Assembly: GCA_043228905.1 (NCBI GenBank)
Contig: JBHGNT010000002.1
Location: 19,220,001-19,284,000, forward strand
DNA from: Azolla caroliniana
Lineage: Eukaryota > Plantae > Polypodiophyta
Direction: 5' to 3'
Length of the DNA stretch: 64,000 bases
The position numbers and the translations under genes were made by a program. Positions 12,144-24,358 of the stretch are shown here, piece after piece. Each line of letters begins with the position of its first letter. The first letter of the stretch is position 1. A model generated the notes under the pieces. The model made no database searches. It was given only the letters and a program-made list of their open reading frames with translations, and was not told where the DNA came from.

Positions 12144-15100
12144 TTCTTTCTATCTCTCTTTCTCTTCTTTCCCAACATGGTATCAGAGCCAAACGACCTA
12201 ATAGCCTTATAGCCAATGCCTTTCTAAAAACTACAAAACACGTGCCCTATAAATTATATTCATAGTGTTCAAGATCGTCAAATAACGAACGACAATTTTG
12301 TGTTTGCCGTGCGCTGATCCGGACAGCCCTCTGCAATAATGGCGCAATCTATGTCGTCGTCGTAACTCAACATGCGAAAATTCACGATCGAGAAATTATC
12401 GGACACAAATTATCGAATTTGGAAGGCAAGATTAGAATTACTTTTTAAATATAATAAAGTATGGGACATAATTTCAGGATCGTCAACAAAACCTGAAAAA
12501 GGCGAAGAACTTGAAGAATATGAAGAAAAAGATTTGTGTGCAAGAATGGAAATTCTAATGCACGTAAGTGATGGCACCGGAGAAACATTGCAAAAAATGG
12601 AGACGGCTCATGAAATGTGGAAGCACTTACAAACTATCTACGAGCCGAAAAATGATGCCCAGCAAGCGCATACACTTCAAGCACTTGTTAATTACAAAAT
12701 GAATGACGAACAACCGGTTGGTGAATTTCTATTAATATGGCAAAAGAAATTAGATGATATGTTAACTTCAGGATTAGAAATCCATGATAAATTACAAAAG
12801 ATTCTCCTCCTTGGTGCTCTTCCTCACTCGTGGTCCACTTTTAGAACCACCCAAAACTCTATAAATTGTCCAACGCTAATCGATCTTCTTGCAAACATTA
12901 GACAGGAGGAAACAATGCGTTCACAAAGGTCTTCAAATTCAACTCCAAGTATGGCAATGGTAGCATACAAGAACAAAAGGTTCACCCAAAGAGGAGAAAG
13001 CTCGAAGCCGTGGATAAAGAAAGATCAAAACACTAAACAAGGAGAAATGCGGTTCAACAATACCTATTGTAAAATATGCAAACGTACAAATCATGCAACC
13101 AAAGATTGTCGCGCAAAGTCAAATGTCAAGAGTTATCAACCATGGAAGCGTGTACAAGCCCATCTTGTTGAAGAAGAGATGGATGATGAAAAAGTCATAG
13201 GAGATGGATATCAAAATGGCGACAAGTATGACGACGTCCTTCAAGCATTCATTGCTGAATCACTTTCCGCGACGATTCCAAACCCAAGTAATGTAAATGA
13301 CATATGGTATCTCGACACTGGTGCTACTAACCACTTAACTAATAGAAAAGATTGGTTATGTAACTATAAGGATGTTGAACCTCCTATCATTGTAAGATTT
13401 GGAAATAATGGGACTAAAGAAGCTATTGGCAAGGGTGATATTACGTTTGAAGTCACAGGAGGAAGACATTTCACAATCAATGAAGTTCTCTATGTCCCGG
13501 GCATTACCAAACACTTGCTATCGGTTAGTCAAGCAACGACAAATGGTACTATCATTGAATTTCATCCTAACCATGCTATTATTAAACATAAAGCCTCAAA
13601 TGGAGAACTTATTAGAACATGTTGTAAACGAGAAGGAGGCTTATATCCCATAAAATGTATTCCTACATCTCTTATTTTAGAAGCACATCATACTACCCCA
13701 ATACAATCCTCCATATCTTTAACCAATCTTCATTCTCCTTCTTCTCTTTGGCATTTTCGTCTAGGTCATATGCATTTCAATGCTCTTAAAACACTACAAT
13801 GTAATAATCTTGTCCATGGTTTGCCAAAAGAACCTTTCAAGCCCATCTCTTTGTGTGAAAGTTGTATCCTTGGGAAAATGCCCCAACAGCCATTCCCAAA
13901 GCATAGATCTAGAGCCACTACCCCTCTTGCATTAGTACATAGTGATCTATGTGGACCTTTTCCAACCCCTTCTCTTAGTGGAGCCAAATATTTCATTAGC
14001 TTTATAGATGACTTTAGTCGATTTACAATCTTGCATTTTCTCTAGTACAAAAGTCAAGCTTATCAAGCATTCAAAGAATACAAGGCTCGAGTCGAAGTGC
14101 AAACATCATCAAAGATTAAAAGTCTTCAAACCGATGGTGGTGGTGAGTATATGTCTCATGAATTTCAAAGTTTATATCTAAATGAAGGCATACATCATAG
14201 AATATCAACACCACACACACCACAACAAAATGGTGTATACGAAAGGAAGAATAGATCACTTCTCAATATGGCTCGAAGTATGTTACAATTTGCTCACTTA
14301 TCACCTCAATTTTGGGAGGAAGCGGTTGGCACCGCGTGCTATATTCAAAATCGAGGATTTCATAGATCCTTGGGGCTCCAAACCCCTTATGAACTATGGC
14401 ATGGTCACAAACCTAACTTAAGTAACCTTCGTTTTTTGGTTGTGATGCTTATGCTTTTGTGCCAAATGTTCAAAGAAATAAGCTAGATCCAAGGGCTACA
14501 AAATCAACTTTCATCGGATATGGAGAAGCTTCAGGATACAAGGCGTACAAGCTCTACGATCCACAAAAACGAAGAATATTCTTTAGTCGTAATGTGATAT
14601 TCCAAGAAAATGGGCCTTCTACAAAGGTTTCTTCTTCACCCTCTTCTAATCTACCTCCCTTATTACCTACCCCTAACTACTTACAACCATCTTCCTCAAC
14701 CATCTCTAATATTAATAGCTCTCATATTGAAGGAGCCAACATTGGCTCATCCTCTACTTCCACAATTTGTGTTGCTCTTCCATCTATTCATAAGGCAAAG
14801 ATCAATCCTACTCAACCAACTAATTCTTCTTCTCATCTTCCCTCATTCCAATCTCTAGATGATTCTCTTCCTCATACTCCTTTAAATATACATTGTTTAA
14901 CTCCCTCTAATAATACAAATAATGTTATCTTCTCCACTCCCTCTCCTAATCCTTCATTCCAAGTGTCATCACCAACTTCTCCACCAAACTCTCCACCTCC
15001 AAAGTATAGATCTCTAAGTAATATTTATGAACAACTTGATCAAATGGAAGCACATTTCGTGGACTTGGACCATGAAGCTTATATTCAAGAAGAAGATATT

Positions 15101-16948
15101 CCAACCCTTAGTGATGACACAAATCTATCGGCCAAAGATGCACTTTCCGGATCGGATTCTATCAAATGGAGAAAAGCTATGGAAGAAGAAATGAAGGCTT
15201 TACTTAAAAATGGTACGTGGACCCTCGTTGAGCCTCCAAAAGATTGACAAATAATTGGTTCTAAATGGGTCTTACGCATAAAGCGAGATAGTAATGGCAA
15301 TCCAATTCGCTTCAAGGCTCGTGTAGTTGCTCGAGGATTTGCGCAAGTACCAGGTATTGATTTTCAAGATACATTTAGTCCAACGCTAAAAATATGTGGT
15401 TTTCGAATGCTCATTGCTCTTGCCGCACAACATGATCTAGAATTGCATCACTTGGATGTACAAACGGCTTTTCTTCATGGAGATTTAGATGAAGAACTTT
15501 ATCTACAACAACCACAATTTTTTGAAGATCCAAGTCATCCGACACATGTTTGTCGACTTCATAAATCTATTTACGGCCTTAAGCAATCTCCACGCATATG
15601 GTATCACAAACTACACTCTTTTCTTATAAAAGTTGGATATCATCGTCTAAACAATGAGCCAAATATCTATGTTAGAAAAGCCAAATCCAATTTTGTTATC
15701 ATAGGTGTCTATGTTGATGATTTGCCTTTGATCTCTAACTCTAAATCTTATTTAGCTATTGCAAAGAAGGAACTTGCATATGTTTTTCCTATTACCGATT
15801 TAGGCCCTATGACCCATTTTCTAAGCATCAAAATATCTCAAAGTAGAACAAATCATACTATCTCATTATCACAATCAAATTATATTAATTCTATCCTCCA
15901 AAAATTTGATATGCTCCATAGTAAGCCTATTAAAACTCCTCTTACCTCTCCATGTAAACTATCAAATGATGATTCTCCCAAAAATGAACGAGAAATTTCC
16001 GAAATGAAGGATGTACCCTATAAGCAAATCCTTGGGTGTATAAGATATCTAGTAAGTTGTACACGTCTCGATATTTTCTTTGCCGCCGGTTTTCTTTCTC
16101 GTTTCATGTCTAATCCAGGACCAAAGCATTGGATCGCGCTCAAAAGATTACTACGATACTTGAAGCACACTCAACATTATGCGTTGACTTACTCCGCCAC
16201 ACAATCCGAGTCAACCACACTTGTGCAAGGATGGACAAATCCCTCTAGCCAACTAATTGGTTGGTCAGACTCGGACTGGGGGGAGATGTAGACGATCGCA
16301 AGTCAACAGGTGGATATGTTTACACACTAGCTGGTGGTGCAATTTCGTGGAAGTCAAAGAAACAAACTACCGTAGCATTGTCATCCACCGAAGCTGAATA
16401 TGTTGCCGCGGCTTTAGCGGCTAAAGAAGGCATATGGATTAAAGCTATGCTCGATGAATTTAAGTTATTTGCTATTCCACCAGTGACTTTGTTTTGTGAT
16501 AATCAATCTTGCATCAAGTTAGCCAACAATCCAAAGATGAGCGACAATATTCGTCATGTGGATTTGAAGCATCACTTTCTTCGTGATCTCATTGAAACGA
16601 AGAAGATAGAGTTAAAGTTTGCTCCCACTCATCAAATGTGGGCTGATTTTCTAACGAAGCCTCTTCAACATTCTAAGAACATTATTTGTTGCAAGCAAGT
16701 TGGATTAATTGATGTAATCGAAGATAAAGATGAAAACCTACACTTCTAGAAAAAATTTCTTAGGGGGGAGTGAGGAAAATAATAAGCAAAATAAAATAAA
16801 ATATATTAATATGTAGTTCTTATGAAATCGGTTTCCTTCATGAGAAGGAAACCGTAAGCCTATTGGTGGTGGTCTTATAAAGCCACCACCAACGTTGTAT
16901 TCATTAAAGGGGCATTATAATAATAATAAAACGCTTTCTCTGTTTTCC

Positions 16949-17000
<52 letters not shown>

Positions 17001-17034
17001 TTCTTTCTATCTCTCTTTCTCTTCTTTCCCAACA
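11896..17034 (+). mobile_element. Short Ty1/copia LTR retrotransposon 'D' (5.1 kb), youngest of the nest
   Basis: Perfect TSD AAAAT (11891-11895, 17035-17039); LTRs 11896-12177 and 16771-17034; PBS TGGTATCAGAGCC 12178-12190; PPT AGGGGGGAG 16762-16770. Confidence 0.97.
12372..16749 (+). pseudogene. Copia D gag-pol, disrupted (TAG 14043, frameshift ~14435, TGA 15245, frameshift ~16280)
   Basis: Gag, CKICKRTNHATKDC knuckle, WYLDTGAT protease, HSDLCGP/DGGGEY integrase, YVDD RT, SSTEAEY RNase H. Confidence 0.95.
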
Positions 17035-17040
17035 AAAATC

Positions 17041-19851
17041 GGAGCCGAAGAAGGGCTTGTTATGGAGACGGGCCGGAGGCGATCGGAGGATGCGGAGGAA
17101 GAAGCCTCCCTAGACGTAGAAGACGGGGCCTATACAGAGGCCGGGAGAGCGTACGACGGCGACATAGGAGAGGGTGCGGAGCAAGCGACCCTCTTGTCTT
17201 GCGGCGAATGGACGGCCATGGAGGCCGGTAACTACAAATTCGGGACATGGCGGCCCGAAACATCGAGGGAGGAGGAGACAAGCGGCGGTGCCGCGACCTT
17301 ACACACACTGGCCCTAGAGGCACCGGCGGTCGGCCCGATTGCCGGCGTGAGACCTAGAGCGACGGGCGGTGGCGGCAGCAAGGCGGGCAACCGAGACAAC
17401 AGTATGGAGACTGTGGAAGAGGAGGCGGCAAGCATAATTGATGCTTGCATATACGGAGGCGGGGTAGCCACGGACGACCATGTCCGAATGGAGGTGGCTA
17501 CGGGCATAGCATCGACGAGCGGCAGCGTTGCTACCTTACACGCACCAGTTCAAGAGACCCCGGCGGCCGGCCCGAGTGCCCGCGTGAGACTTAGGGTAAT
17601 GAACGGTGGCGGCGAAGCGGACGACCACGGCGACGATGTGGGAGAGGGTGCGGAGCGAGCGATCCTCTCGACTTGTGGAAAGAGGACGGCCAAGGATGAG
17701 GCCGATATCTACGGAGCAATGGACGCCACTTCGAGAGTGGGCGAAAGTTTCGGGACGCGGTTGCCCAAAACGTTCTACGAGGATTTCGCGAGCATACTCG
17801 AGGCTTGCGAAATCGAGGAAGAAGAGGAGACGAGTGGCGGTGCCGCGACCTTCCACACACCGGTCCTAGAGACTCCAGCAACCGGCCCGAGAGCCGGTGT
17901 GAGACCTAGAGAGACGGACGGTGGCGGCGGCAAGGCGGGCAACCGAAATGACGAAGAGGAGGTTTGTAGCGGACGGAGGCGAGATCCCTCGACACCGGGG
18001 CCGGAGACTTCGGCGGTTGCGCCCGAGCGCGGACATAAGACCGGGGAGATGGGCGGTGGCCATGAGGATGAGAGGCCCGGAGTGGGCACGTGCGAAAAGA
18101 CCGAAGGAGAGGTCCGGAGCGGCATCAAAGAGCGAGTCGGGAACCGACCCGACCGAAAGATGAGCCGGTCGGTAATCCGACCTGACCGGGAGGCGGAGCG
18201 GAAGAAGAGTGAAGCGGGGGCCGGTCAACCAAGCACGAACCAAAGGAAGCCAGCAAGACCGGGATTGTTTGATCAATTCGTAGCCGGTCGGATACGGTTA
18301 CGGTGGGAGCCGGTGAGAGCGAGAAGGAGGCCTAGTGGGCACGGTGATCACGGCTTGCTAGAAGACCGAGAGTGAGAGGGACCTTCCACACCGATTCTAG
18401 AGACTTCGGCGGTTGCGGATCAACGTGAGACCGGAGAGACGGCAAGTGGCGGCGAGGAGTCGGAGGCCGAAGCGGACAAAGTTATTGGAGCGGGTATCCG
18501 GTATGAGATGATGGACGAGCGGGTCCAAGATGGCGAGCTCGGGTCGGCACGGGCTACGGTGACAAAGGAAGAAGTGGCCGACGCGGAGGTCGGGTCTACG
18601 GCGTATGAAGGGCGTAACACGAAGCATGCACTACGGTCGGTGAAGGGCCCAAGAACAAGCATGCATCCGAGAGAGCGTCAACGAGTGACCGGAAACGGTG
18701 GACCAATTGAACCTTTGAGAGGCGAGGACTCGGTGGTGAACCAAGAGTGGGAGGAACCCTCCACACCTACCCGTGAGGCATCGGCGGTCGCGGATCGAAA
18801 GGAGAAAGAAGAAGCGGTGGGTGGCGGCGAGGAGTTGGAGACCGACGCGGCGGTCGGGTCTACGGCGGAAGCACAACACGAGATGCATGCAATACGGCCG
18901 GTGGAGGGCCAAGACACAAGCATGCATACGGCGGATGGGCGACAACGATTGACCGACGATGACGATCGGATCAAGCCTTCGAGAGGCAAACGCGGGACGA
19001 AGGACAGCGTGGCGAAACACCAAGATCGATGACATGGGCCGAGCGCGATCGGCATGAGCGGAGAGCCGTATCTAGGAAAACGGAGGAGATGCGCGGAGAA
19101 CAACGGGGTACACACCGGAAAGAGAAAGCGCGACGGCTTCCCGGAGGGCATACAAGGCCAAGCGGGCCAAGAGGGCGCAAGTCGAGGCGAGGCGATAACG
19201 AGAGCCTTGAGGGACACCGACACGGAGGTCGGGATGACGATACGCTCTACTACGAGAGAGCACGGCGAAAAAGGGGAAAGCGAAAAATGCGTGATGGGGT
19301 CATCGAAGGACCGAAGCACGAGCACGCATTCGTAGGGCAACATCGACATACGGGGAAAGCCTACGGAAGGCAAGCGCGGAGCGGAGAGAGTCGGCACGCC
19401 GAGGTGTGCGGCATGCAAAGGGCGGAATCCGGCATGCGACCGGGAGCGCATCCGGACGATATACGAGGCAGACAAAGGAAGAGCAACCGGGTCGGCGACG
19501 GCATTCGGGAGGACCGAACGGGGAGGAAAGCACGGGCATCGGATACGACGGGTCGGATGTAGTCGGTGGTTCAAGGACCCACGGTGGACGTGGCGGATCG
19601 GGTGGAGGCAACGACTCGGCGAACATCGTCGAGTGTGGCGGATCGGATGGCGCCGACGGTTCGAGACCATTCGGCGAGGATGGTGGGCCGGAAGGCGGCG
19701 GTGGTTCGTGTGGACGGGGTGGTCTTGCTCGAAGTGGAAGACAAAGCCGGGCGGGCCCACGAGGACGCTAAGGACTCGGTCGGTCGTCGTGGCCGAAAAT
19801 CTCGTGTTCTCTCCCCTATGTTTTGGCACATACCGGAGGATGTGCGGTTAG
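17041..19851 (+). pseudogene. Element C long acidic/Gly-rich repeat-containing frame (unknown function)
   Basis: ORF-track pieces 17062, 18508, 19054 and 19633 share one frame broken by only three stops (18373, 19030, 19333); internal peptide repeats. Confidence 0.55.
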
Positions 19852-19862
19852 GTGGGGGCGGA

Positions 19863-20546
19863 TGTCGTGAAGATTTTCGTCCACAAGCGGAAACCCGAGC
19901 AACGAGAGCCAAAGAGCGATGTGCAACGTTGCACACGTACATAATGTATTTGTAATAGTAATAAAGGTATAAAGGTGATGTGGCTGTACGCACATCCACG
20001 CGAGAGAGAGAGAGAGAGGTACTATGCGGTACATAGGTACCTAGTTGTTTGTGAGGAGGTGGGAGTTAAGGGGCCATCAATCTCACCATTCCCCAAATCA
20101 AGGCAAATATCCCCTTTGAATGAAAGGGGATATTTTAGTCTCACTTTTGTAAACGGTCTTCCCTCCTTGTGCTATAAAAGGAGAGAGAAGGCACCATTGT
20201 GGGGGTTGCCTATTTTGAGTGTGCGAGGTATACCACATAGGTCGAGCGTTAGGGTTCGGTTAGGTTTTTCTTCTTGGGTTTTCCTTTAGGGTTTTCTTAT
20301 AGTCGTTCGGTGCGGCCATGGCGGCCACCATTGTAAAGCGTTTATGTTTTCTTAATAGAACTTCTTGTTGAGTATCTTGACTCCATCTTCTTCATCTTCT
20401 TCTATCATAATGTCATATTCGTTCTCTTCTCCTCTTGAGCTATGAGCTAATCTTCCATTTGTTGTCTTAACCTTTCCCCTCTTCTGCCTAGTCCAAGACC
20501 CCCGTGGTCCCGCCCCTTCCACACGCACGCGCGTAACAACGCGACA
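19863..20546 (+). repeat. 3' LTR of element C
   Basis: Follows PPT; its 3' 290 bp match 11021-11310; TATAAAAGG at ~20173. Confidence 0.92.
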
Positions 20547-21064
20547 ATGCGCTCTCTAGTCTTGCACTAACAAGAATGACAACAACAACATCTAAGTTTT
20601 CCCTAAGTCATATTTATACTAATATGACTTTTCGGCTATTTACAAATATAGCCCCGATGGACTCTCAGAAAACATATTTACGAATATGTCCCTTCATCCG
20701 GTGAGCACTTCTCACCGTGCCTTCATCATCCGGCTCTTCTCGGGTACTCCTCATCCGGTTCTCACCGGGTCTTCCGTAGCGGGATACTCCTCATCCGGTT
20801 CACACCGGGTCTTCCGTAGCCAGGTACTTGTCATCCGGTTCTCACCGGGTCTTCCGTTGTCGGGTACTTGTCATCCGGTTCTCACCGGGTCTTCCGTAGC
20901 CGGGTACTCCTCATCCGGTTCACACCGGGTCTTCCGTAGTCGGGTACTTGTCATCCGGTTCTCACCGGGTCTTTCGTAGCCGGGTAGGCCACATTCAGGT
21001 AGCCGAGTTTACTCATCAGTATTGTTCTTCTCACTTCCCATCTGGAGGGACCTATTTCCTAACA

Positions 21065-22162
21065 CGTGGTATATGGGCAACATTTGCAAAGCTCAAGGAG
21101 AAGTATTGGTGGCCGGGTGTTTACAAAGATGTAGCAAGCTATGTTGAAACATGTGAGCAATGCCAATTATACTTGAATATTCAACATAGGGATGAACTTC
21201 ATCCAACATATCCATTATCAATGCACTATAAGTGGTTGGTAGACATAGTGGTTATGCCAATGGGATTGGGGAAAATGAAATATCTCATGCTAGCAAGAGA
21301 GGATCTCACCAACCAAGTAGAAGGACGGGCGTTAGGGAATAAAACAACTTCGGCGGTTTGTAGGTTTCTCCTTGAAGATGTTATTTGTCGATACGGATGT
21401 GTCGGCAAAATAGTGGCCGATAGAGGAGAATTAGATACGAATGAAGCTAAAGAGTTCTTTTCAAGAATAGGCGTCACATTATCGCTCACCATGGCATACA
21501 ACCTGGACGCAAATGGGAAGGTAGAACGAGGACGTAGTCCAATTGTAAAAGCTCTAGCAAAGGCTTGCGACGGCAAAATGGGAAATTGGCCACGATTACT
21601 ACCTTATGCATTTTGGGCAGATAGAACTACACATAGCACGATTATGGGATATATGCCCGCCGAACTCATATTAGGACAAAAACCAATAATGCCTATTGAG
21701 CAAAGTGTTGCTTTGTGGACGTCTTTGCCATGGCAAGAGGAAATGAGTCGGGAAGACTTGCTAGCCACGAGGATTCAGCAATTAGAACAAAGGCCCGAAG
21801 ATGTCGAGTTGGCAATAGAACAGTTGCGCCAAGCTCGATTGAAGAACAAGGAGAATTTTGATAGAAAGCATCGTCTTTGACAAAGAAAAATTGAAGAAGG
21901 AGATTGGGTTCTTGTCTATGATAGTAGTCTCAATAATCAATATAGCACTACTCGAAAGTTCGCAAAACGATGGTTTGGCCCGTATATGGTCAAGAAAATA
22001 GAAAGCAATGCAACCTATTTTTTAGCAGAGTTAGATGGAACTCGACTTGCTTTGCCAATAGCAAGGAAGAGGATCAAGATCTTTAAGAGAAGAGAAGCCT
22101 CAAATCTTGAGATCGAAGATCTAGATGATGTATCCTCGAACATCGAGGTTGAAGAAGAGTAA
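21065..22162 (+). pseudogene. Gypsy A integrase, remainder
   Basis: Resumes (H)RGIWATF...CEQC zinc finger, VDIV/ADRGE/NGKVER core, WFGPY C-terminal motif; TGA at 21878. Confidence 0.92.
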
Positions 22163-22228
22163 TTAAAAAAGAGGAACCTCACCACAATTGGCACATACCG
22201 GTGGATGTGCAGGTTTGGTGGGGGTAAA

Positions 22229-23604
22229 TGTCGTATGGTTTTTCACACACGATATGAAAACTAGTAAAATAAATATTTACGATTAGCTTAATATATGGAT
22301 ATGGAAAGATAGATGTGTTCAAGAGCTTCATAGCGTATTTTACTACGCATAAAACGGATAAAAAAGTATCAAGTTATGCGAGTGTGAAGTTTGAAGAAAA
22401 GAAAAGAAAAGACAAAATTGTAAGATATCCCACATAGATAGGACAACATTGGAACCCAGAATATATAAGGGAAACCAAAACATATTTATTCTATCAATAT
22501 GTGGAGAATAGAATGTTCAAGGTGACTTGGGCTACACTATGTGGTGTGCACGCTTTGGGCGTACGCGCGTGTGCATGGTCGCGTGAATGTTTTCAGATGT
22601 ACGCGCGCATGGATGTCTTCGGATGTACGCGCGTGTGCAAGTTTTGGGCGCATGTGTGGACGTTTCGGACGGACGCGTGTGTGCGCACGGGCGCATGCGT
22701 GGATGCGTACACTACGGCACGGTCGAGCCTTTGGGCGTACGCACGTGTGCATGGCCGTGTGGACGTTTTCGGACGTACGCGCGCATGGACATCTTCAGAT
22801 TTACGCGCGTGTGCAAGTTTCGGGCGCATGTGTGGACATTTCGGACGGATGCGTGTGTGCGCACGTGCACATGCGTGGATGCGTACACTACGGCACGATC
22901 GAGCTTTTTGCGCGCGGATGCGTACACGGTGCAGGTTGGACGTGCACGCGCGTGGATGCGTACACTACTACGCGGTTGGGACTTTTGCGTGCGGACGCGT
23001 CTACGGTTTGGTTGCAACACACGTACGGATTGCGCACGGGCTAAACTTTATGGATGATTGTGTCATTTGGCCGAATTATACGGACAATCGCATGCAACCA
23101 AAAGCCAAGGCCATGCAACTAAAAATAGAGGCCATCCAACTAAAAGTGGGCATGCAAAGTAACATTGGGGAGGAGGATCAACGAGGAGCTCGATATATGT
23201 CCCATTTTTTTCCTCCTAGTTTTTTTTTTCCCCCCTTCTTTCTTCTTCCCTCTCGGATTCGAGAAACAAATTATCTCACATATTGATATCAAACTCCTAG
23301 CTTTGTTTACTCGACTTTTCTGGTCAAAAATTATCTCTCATATTCATATCGGACCACTCCTTGCATGGTTGTTGGCTCCTTTCTTTGGAAAATTAATCTC
23401 TCATTTGCATACCTAACCCATTGTAACACGATTCTAAAATTATAAAGAATCAATTTTCTTTTGCAATAAACTAATGATTTGTCTCTCCCACTTGTCTTAT
23501 GCTTAAAACTTGCTTTTGTTGTACCTGTTGCTCTAAATCCTTCTAGTCCAGAACCCCCGCGGTTCCGTCTCACGATCCGCACATAGTGACGGATTTTCAC
23601 GACA
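22229..23604 (+). repeat. 3' LTR of gypsy A (1376 bp)
   Basis: TGTCGTATG...TCACGACA; homologous to 1-1272. Confidence 0.95.
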
Positions 23605-24358
23605 CCACGACAAAAAATGACTCAACACATACACATCACAAGCGCATCCGGACATGTCGAAATCTAAAGACAACAACATAAAAATATGCACACCGAATTT
23701 TTCTCATATATATTTACAAGGGACACATGTTACAATGCCAATTTCAAGCCAGTCTAATACCGAACGGATACAACAGCCGTTTACAAGCAAGCGCCAGTCG
23801 GGGAGCACTCCGGCTCGCCTACGCGAGTGTAACCCTTGCACTGAAGACAGGCGTTCCTACTGAAGCACAACAACTGCTTACCACCAAGCTGCCAGTCGGG
23901 GAGCACTCGGGCTCGCCTACGTGAGTGGGGTCTTGCACAGGAGACAGAGCTCCGAACGGGAACCCTTAGAGTACAAGAACTCACAACAATGCAACCCTAA
24001 CAGAAAGGAAACACCGAACCCTAGTATACAAACTAACAAGACTCCACTCAAAAGAGAAAACCAACCCACATGACGACGACGAAGAAGACCTAAAGTGAAA
24101 TAAGCAAATAAAAAGACGAGAAAACTACCAAACCCTAGATGTAAGTGGTATACCCTCCTAACTCAAAATGGGCAACCCCTCATAACAGCCCCTTCCTCTC
24201 CTTTTATAGTCCAAGGAGGGAAGGACGTTACAATGTGGGATAAATATCTCCTTTTTTATTTTATACACCTTTTCGAATGTACATGTGCACACGGTGCACA
24301 TTGCCGACTTTGCCCATTCCACCTGGTTTTCTCACCGTAGTCAGAAATCTTCACGACA
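23605..24358 (-). mobile_element. Partial LTR of a C/G-related gypsy, host of element A
   Basis: Minus strand begins TGTCGTGAAGATTT like the C LTR start; 24130-24235 is the reverse complement homologue of C LTR 20145-20256. Confidence 0.75.

Larger units (their letters stand above)
11021..20546 (+). mobile_element. Non-autonomous (pol-less, gag-bearing) gypsy-derived LTR element 'C'
   Basis: 5' LTR remnant 11021-11310, full 3' LTR 19863-20546 (TGTCGTG...GCGACA), Trp PBS 11315-11331, PPT GGTGGGGGCGGA; internal region has Gag N-terminus but no recognisable PR/RT/RH/INT motif. Confidence 0.88.
5869..21064 (-). mobile_element. Ty1/copia LTR retrotransposon 'B' (Tnt1/Tork-like), inserted in the A integrase; its 5' LTR is split by element C
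   Basis: TSD TGTGG(5864-5868)/CGTGG(21065-21069); LTRs 5869-6688 and 10719-11020+20547-21064; tRNA-iMet PBS (GCTCTGATACCA 10704-10715); PPT at 6689-6700. Confidence 0.95.
1..23604 (+). mobile_element. Ty3/gypsy LTR retrotransposon 'A' (non-chromoviral, tRNA-Trp primed), decayed, interrupted by nested elements at 5869-21064
   Basis: Two homologous LTRs (<1-1272 and 22229-23604, termini TGTCGT...ACGACA), PBS at 1281, PPT GGTGGGGGTAAA before 22229, domain order Gag-PR-RT-RH-INT. Window position 1 aligns to 22254, so the 5' LTR starts ~25 bp left of the window and the TSD cannot be checked. Confidence 0.95.

Noticed and set aside
18678-19829. 383-aa antisense ORF in element C
   Set aside because: Mirror of a GC-rich sense frame with no recognisable domain.
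17041-19851. env-like gene in element C
   Set aside because: No signal peptide or transmembrane segment visible.
20948-21880. 310-aa ORF as a novel gene
   Set aside because: Chance fusion of B LTR sequence to the second half of the A integrase; the same applies to 52041-52766 at its 5' end.
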